Of a stretch of 56,879 nucleotides of DNA, positions 53,121 through 56,879 are shown piece by piece. Made by a program: the position numbers and the translations under genes. The DNA comes from Legionellaceae bacterium UBA2794 (GTDB taxonomy: Bacteria > Pseudomonadota > Gammaproteobacteria > Legionellales > Legionellaceae). The notes beneath the pieces were generated by a model. It saw nothing but the letters and a program-made list of their open reading frames with translations, had not been told where the DNA came from and made no database searches. The stretch spans positions 23,151-80,029 of the forward strand of contig DEHS01000088.1 of the NCBI GenBank assembly GCA_002352055.1, read 5' to 3'. Within the stretch, counting starts at the first letter, position 1. Each line of letters starts with the position of its first letter.

Positions 53121-54494
53121 TTAAAATTTAAGTTGTTGATGTTGATCAACAAGAGTTTTCATTTCACTAACGAGTGATTCAAATCGATTAATACTAAGTA
53201 GTAATTCATTAGCATTAATACCAACATTATCCAAGATATCGGTCACCTGTTTACTAAAACTATCTGGCCTAATTGCCAATGAGTCAGCAACTTGAATAGA
53301 CCCTTTTTCATTAATAAAGTATCTTTCGTTTAGAGCAAAAAGTACCTGTGTAAGACAAGCAATACCTCGGAATAAACATCCTGTGACATAAAAGACATCA
53401 TCTCGCTTTGCCGCTTTCAAGTTAGTTCTAATTGAAAAATCAGCTTCCCAAAGATATTGTTTAATCAACGCTTTTTTGAGAAGCGGGGGATACTGTTTCA
53501 CTTGTTCTTTAAAAGATGTAAGAACACCATTAGCATCGTAAAGTGCACGACAATAGTAAATTTCAGCTAGATAATAATGATCATGGAACCCATGTGGGTG
53601 GCCTGGGTAATAATAACAAGAAGTTTTTCCAGATTGACATTCATTAATTACTTTAGAAACGAGTGATATATCCCGATAAAGCCAATCAACCGGTCGCTGC
53701 TTGATATTCAGCCAACCACCACCATTCACCCATATTCCCCATTCACCTATTTCTGTGGTTAGATTTGGTGCATGACTGTCATCGAATTCGGATGCAAGCT
53801 GATTCAGGCCTTTAATAGACGGGGGATAATTTGGAGCGTAATAGAGACCCAAATCAATATCAGAATCTGGATGGCCTTCGCCACGAGCAAGTGATCCGCC
53901 AAGGGCTACAGCTTCAATCCCTTTTATTTTTCCAAGACGGTCTGCAATATCTTGGGCTAAATCCAATGGATTTGAAGCATTAGGTTCATTGACGTAAATA
54001 AGATGTTTGTACCCTTTATAAGTGATTTCTTTCTCTGGAACAAAACCATTTCTACCAGCTACTCGCCTAGAGGGTATATTTTCGGGACGTATTAGCGAAA
54101 TTAATCTTTTGTAACCGAGCTTTCTCCTTGCATAGTTCATTGTGCCATGAGCTGCTTCTGTAGCTAATCCTTGGTGCCAGAATTTTCGAACAAAAAGGTA
54201 TCCTATTTCTACTTCATCTTGCCCATCAATGTTGGGCTGAAAAAATAAACCACATTGACCAACAAATTCACCTGTTGATTTAAGATGACATGCCCATAAA
54301 CCGGCTCCATGCTGGTCATAACTATTAAGTACACGCTGTATCCATGCTTTTGTTTCTTCAATATCGAATGTTTTAGGGTAATATTGCATGGCAATAGGAT
54401 CAGAAAAAATCTTCTGAAGATTTTCCACGTCACCCATAGTCATTTTTCGAAGGACTAGCCTATCTGTTTCAAAAACAATTTCATATGAATTCAT
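53121..54494 (-). CDS. fusion: GNAT (Acetyltransf_3) + nucleotidyltransferase + helical (DUF4037-like) domain
   Basis: N-terminal half: TDRLVLRKM, IGYLFVRKFWHQGLATEA. Middle: ALGGSLARGEGHPDSDIDLGLYY (NTase GS..D.D). Confidence 0.75.
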   Translation of the reverse strand: MNSYEIVFETDRLVLRKMTMGDVENLQKIFSDPIAMQYYPKTFDIEETKAWIQRVLNSYDQHGAGLWACHLKSTGEFVGQCGLFFQPNIDGQDEVEIGYLFVRKFWHQGLATEAAHGTMNYARRKLGYKRLISLIRPENIPSRRVAGRNGFVPEKEITYKGYKHLIYVNEPNASNPLDLAQDIADRLGKIKGIEAVALGGSLARGEGHPDSDIDLGLYYAPNYPPSIKGLNQLASEFDDSHAPNLTTEIGEWGIWVNGGGWLNIKQRPVDWLYRDISLVSKVINECQSGKTSCYYYPGHPHGFHDHYYLAEIYYCRALYDANGVLTSFKEQVKQYPPLLKKALIKQYLWEADFSIRTNLKAAKRDDVFYVTGCLFRGIACLTQVLFALNERYFINEKGSIQVADSLAIRPDSFSKQVTDILDNVGINANELLLSINRFESLVSEMKTLVDQHQQLKF

Positions 54495-54688
54495 GTTTAC
54501 ATGTTTATCGGTAAAGGATTAGAAATGGACTATTCTACAGGAATAATCCGATGAGCAATATCTGCTTACTATACGGAGAGCAGTTGTAATATTTGTTTAA
54601 TGCGAATTCAGTGCTAAAAATTAAACAATGTTAAATTGTGGATACCCAAAATGAGTATATGGTAATTTAATTCTATAGCGCAATGTGA

Positions 54689-55852
54689 TTATTCATATTG
54701 AGGTAAGGTTATCGCATTCGAAACTGATTTTATCATGGCTAGGATTCTGTTGGAGCGTTCTTCTGCAATTTCCTTGGAAACTTCATCGTCTACAAGAAAT
54801 GATTTGCTCACCCAAATACCAAATTTTTGATTGGCATCAACAAAGGAACGTAGTAGTGCATTATAACGAGTAAACGCTTGCATATAATTTCCATTAGCTG
54901 CTTTTAATTCTCCCGCTAGAATATATGCTCCAACGAATGCCAAATTATTACCTTGGCCAGATAACGGAGAAGGACAATAACCTGCATCGCCGACAAGAGC
55001 TATTCGACCTTTGGTCCAACTCTTCATTTTGACTTGCGTAATCGCATCAAAATAAAAATCATCGCTTTCTGGCATTCGATTTAAAATATTTTGTGTTTCC
55101 CAGCCAAAATCGCGAAAAGTATCGCACAGGAATTGTTTTTGTTCCTGCTCATCACGGATATCTTTCAGGATATGCTGAGAACGGAACATAAATCCAGCTC
55201 TTGCTATTTCAGGATTGTTATCACTATTGATGGATACCAATTTATGATTTGCTTCACATTCTAAGTCCATGTGACTCAAGTTAAGGTAATTTGGAATGGT
55301 AAATGTACTAAAATATGAACCAAGATGAATTAACTGATATTCATTTTTATCAAAAATCATGCGCCTTGTAGCAGAGTGAATGCCATCCGCAGCGATCACT
55401 AAGTCATAATTTTCAACCGTGCCATCTTTGAAATTGACGATAACGTTATCAGCATTTTGCTGCATGCTAATAATGGATTGATTGAAATAACAAGGCACAT
55501 CAGCAATTGTTTTCATCAAGATTTCAATCAAATCACCACGGAGAATTTCGACTTCGTCATCTTGCCTGAACCCGAATTTCTCACCATGTTCTTCATGCAG
55601 CACGTTGCCAGCTGCATCTACAAAACGACCGCATTCGATTCGTGTGCGCATATCACATATTTGATCATAAATACCCATTTCTCTTGCGATATGAGTTGCT
55701 ATGCCACGGATATCCAGTGCCTGACCGCCTTTTCTAATAGCAGCAGATTTTTCAATTAAGATAGGAGAAAAGCCAAATCTTCTTAGCCAATAACAAATTG
55801 CAGGACCAGCTATACCAACGCCAATGACGAGAATTTTGATATTTTTAGACAT
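54689..55852 (-). CDS. tet(56): FAD-dependent monooxygenase, tetracycline-destructase family (Tet(56)/Tet(50)-like)
   Basis: MSKNIKILVIGVGIAGPAICYWLRRFGFSPILIEK (GxGxxG). GFRQDDEVEILRGDL, VIAADGIHSATR, GRIALVGDAGYCPSPLSGQGNNLA, C-terminal KSVSNAITLPQYE. These match my memory of soil and Legionella tetracycline destructases almost motif for motif. Confidence 0.75.
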   Translation of the reverse strand: MSKNIKILVIGVGIAGPAICYWLRRFGFSPILIEKSAAIRKGGQALDIRGIATHIAREMGIYDQICDMRTRIECGRFVDAAGNVLHEEHGEKFGFRQDDEVEILRGDLIEILMKTIADVPCYFNQSIISMQQNADNVIVNFKDGTVENYDLVIAADGIHSATRRMIFDKNEYQLIHLGSYFSTFTIPNYLNLSHMDLECEANHKLVSINSDNNPEIARAGFMFRSQHILKDIRDEQEQKQFLCDTFRDFGWETQNILNRMPESDDFYFDAITQVKMKSWTKGRIALVGDAGYCPSPLSGQGNNLAFVGAYILAGELKAANGNYMQAFTRYNALLRSFVDANQKFGIWVSKSFLVDDEVSKEIAEERSNRILAMIKSVSNAITLPQYE

Positions 55853-55928
55853 TGATAATTACCTCAATTTTTTTATAAGCCTTATAAACTTGGGTTTTAT
55901 TATGATCAGTCATAATTAATCCAGTAAG

Positions 55929-56792
55929 TTAAGTTGTCGCGTCATCTCTTACTTCCTGTAGATAAGCAAGCACTTTATCAAATTCGTTTTGATTAAAAGT
56001 AAATTGCATCAAAATGGAAACCTTGACAGCCAATTCATTAAACAACTCACACATTGTGAATAATCCATCCCACATGTTGTTGTAATCCGCATCAACGTAT
56101 GTATTTAGCAACTTTGCCCAAATTTTTGGTTCCAAATATTGCTCAATGTATTTTCCATAGCCACCAAGACTCCATTTAAAATCGGTTTTAAGGCCAATAT
56201 ACCAAGTGATCATTTTAAGAAGCTCTTCTTTTACAACCTGCTCGGCAACATATTTGGCATAAGTAAGTTGCTTTCTCCGTATGCCTTTTGCAACATAGGT
56301 ACTAACCCATAAAAACTCATTACAGCAATCAAAAAATTCTTTGCTTGTAGGTGGTTTAGGCAAATAATCTTTGTCGCTGGGTTTATCGAAAGGCTTTATG
56401 AGATTGTCTTTATCCAGTAACAAAATACTCTGACTGTCTCTTGGCATGGTTTCAAACCTATCAAGATGCAACAAGGTCAGATCAATTCGGTTCCAATCCT
56501 CAAATTGCATGAGATAAGCGTATTCGTCTTTAGCTTTAAGCCATTTTCCATCCATTTCATCGGGGACTTGCATAATAAGTATATCCCCAAATCGATTTAT
56601 CCAGTTTTTATCAGCTACAAATGACTCAACATCTGTTACCAAATAGACAATATCATAATCTTGGAAAATATCTTTAGTGGCTGTTGGACTCGCTCTGGAA
56701 CCATTCATTATCGCTGCTCTGATTCGCTCATCGTTCTTAGCGGTATTAATGATGAGATCCAGCATGGTGTTTTCATTACGTTGGGTTTTCAT
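55929..56792 (-). CDS. ant(6): aminoglycoside 6-adenylyltransferase (AadK/ANT(6) family)
   Basis: NDERIRAAIMNGSRASP...FQDYDIVYLVTDVESF, FFDCCNEFLWVSTYVAKGIRR. Alternative start at 56765. Confidence 0.8.
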   Translation of the reverse strand: MKTQRNENTMLDLIINTAKNDERIRAAIMNGSRASPTATKDIFQDYDIVYLVTDVESFVADKNWINRFGDILIMQVPDEMDGKWLKAKDEYAYLMQFEDWNRIDLTLLHLDRFETMPRDSQSILLLDKDNLIKPFDKPSDKDYLPKPPTSKEFFDCCNEFLWVSTYVAKGIRRKQLTYAKYVAEQVVKEELLKMITWYIGLKTDFKWSLGGYGKYIEQYLEPKIWAKLLNTYVDADYNNMWDGLFTMCELFNELAVKVSILMQFTFNQNEFDKVLAYLQEVRDDATT

Positions 56793-56879
56793 TTTATTAC
56801 CCCAGAAATAGTTAGGTTCATTTTTTTATACAAATCCGTTTTTGAGATTTCTGTAATGGTAAATTCAATAAAATTGATG

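Overview
This is an AT-rich accessory region that is almost entirely coding. It looks Legionella-like, inferred from composition and from a Tet(56)-type tetracycline-destructase homologue; the species cannot be proven from the sequence. I saw no rRNA, CRISPR array, IS element or transposase. All family calls come from motif recognition by eye, not database searches.

Main blocks:
1. 4.1-11.8 kb, mobilisation module. It holds a frameshifted F-type coupling protein traD and a 1945-aa MOBF TraI relaxase-helicase with a C-terminal Toprim/primase-like domain. No mating-pair-formation genes are in the window.
2. 11.8-29.9 kb and 36.3-56.8 kb, very dense arrays of small-molecule-modifying or resistance-type enzymes. 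These include at least 13 GNAT ORFs, 4 APH-fold kinases, 3 nucleotidyltransferases (one ANT(6)-like), a CatB-type acetyltransferase and a Tet(X)/Tet(56)-like FAD monooxygenase. Also present are a Qnr-like pentapeptide protein, VOC, SDR, AKR and methyltransferase genes, and several unusual domain fusions.
3. 30.0-33.0 kb, integration module. A P4-type tyrosine integrase is co-transcribed with an AlbA_2/HATPase_c_4/wHTH protein. Next to it is a 3' fragment of tRNA-Pro(GGG) bracketed by two identical 24-bp direct repeats, an attP-like layout.
4. 33.1-36.2 kb, directly across the att core. An overlapping SIR2-like and HerA-like gene pair is a SIR2-HerA type anti-phage defence candidate.
5. 38.9-42.8 kb, a candidate split-borosin RiPP locus. 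It has a 49-aa peptide gene, an OphMA-like backbone N-methyltransferase, an unknown 432-aa protein and a POT-family transporter, beside an AlpA-type regulator.
6. 48.0-51.3 kb, an accessory lspA paralogue in a run with an ABC exporter.

Three genes (traD, a COG3323 PII-like gene and a GNAT) are each broken by a single-base deletion in a homopolymer run. This could be real decay or assembly indel error.
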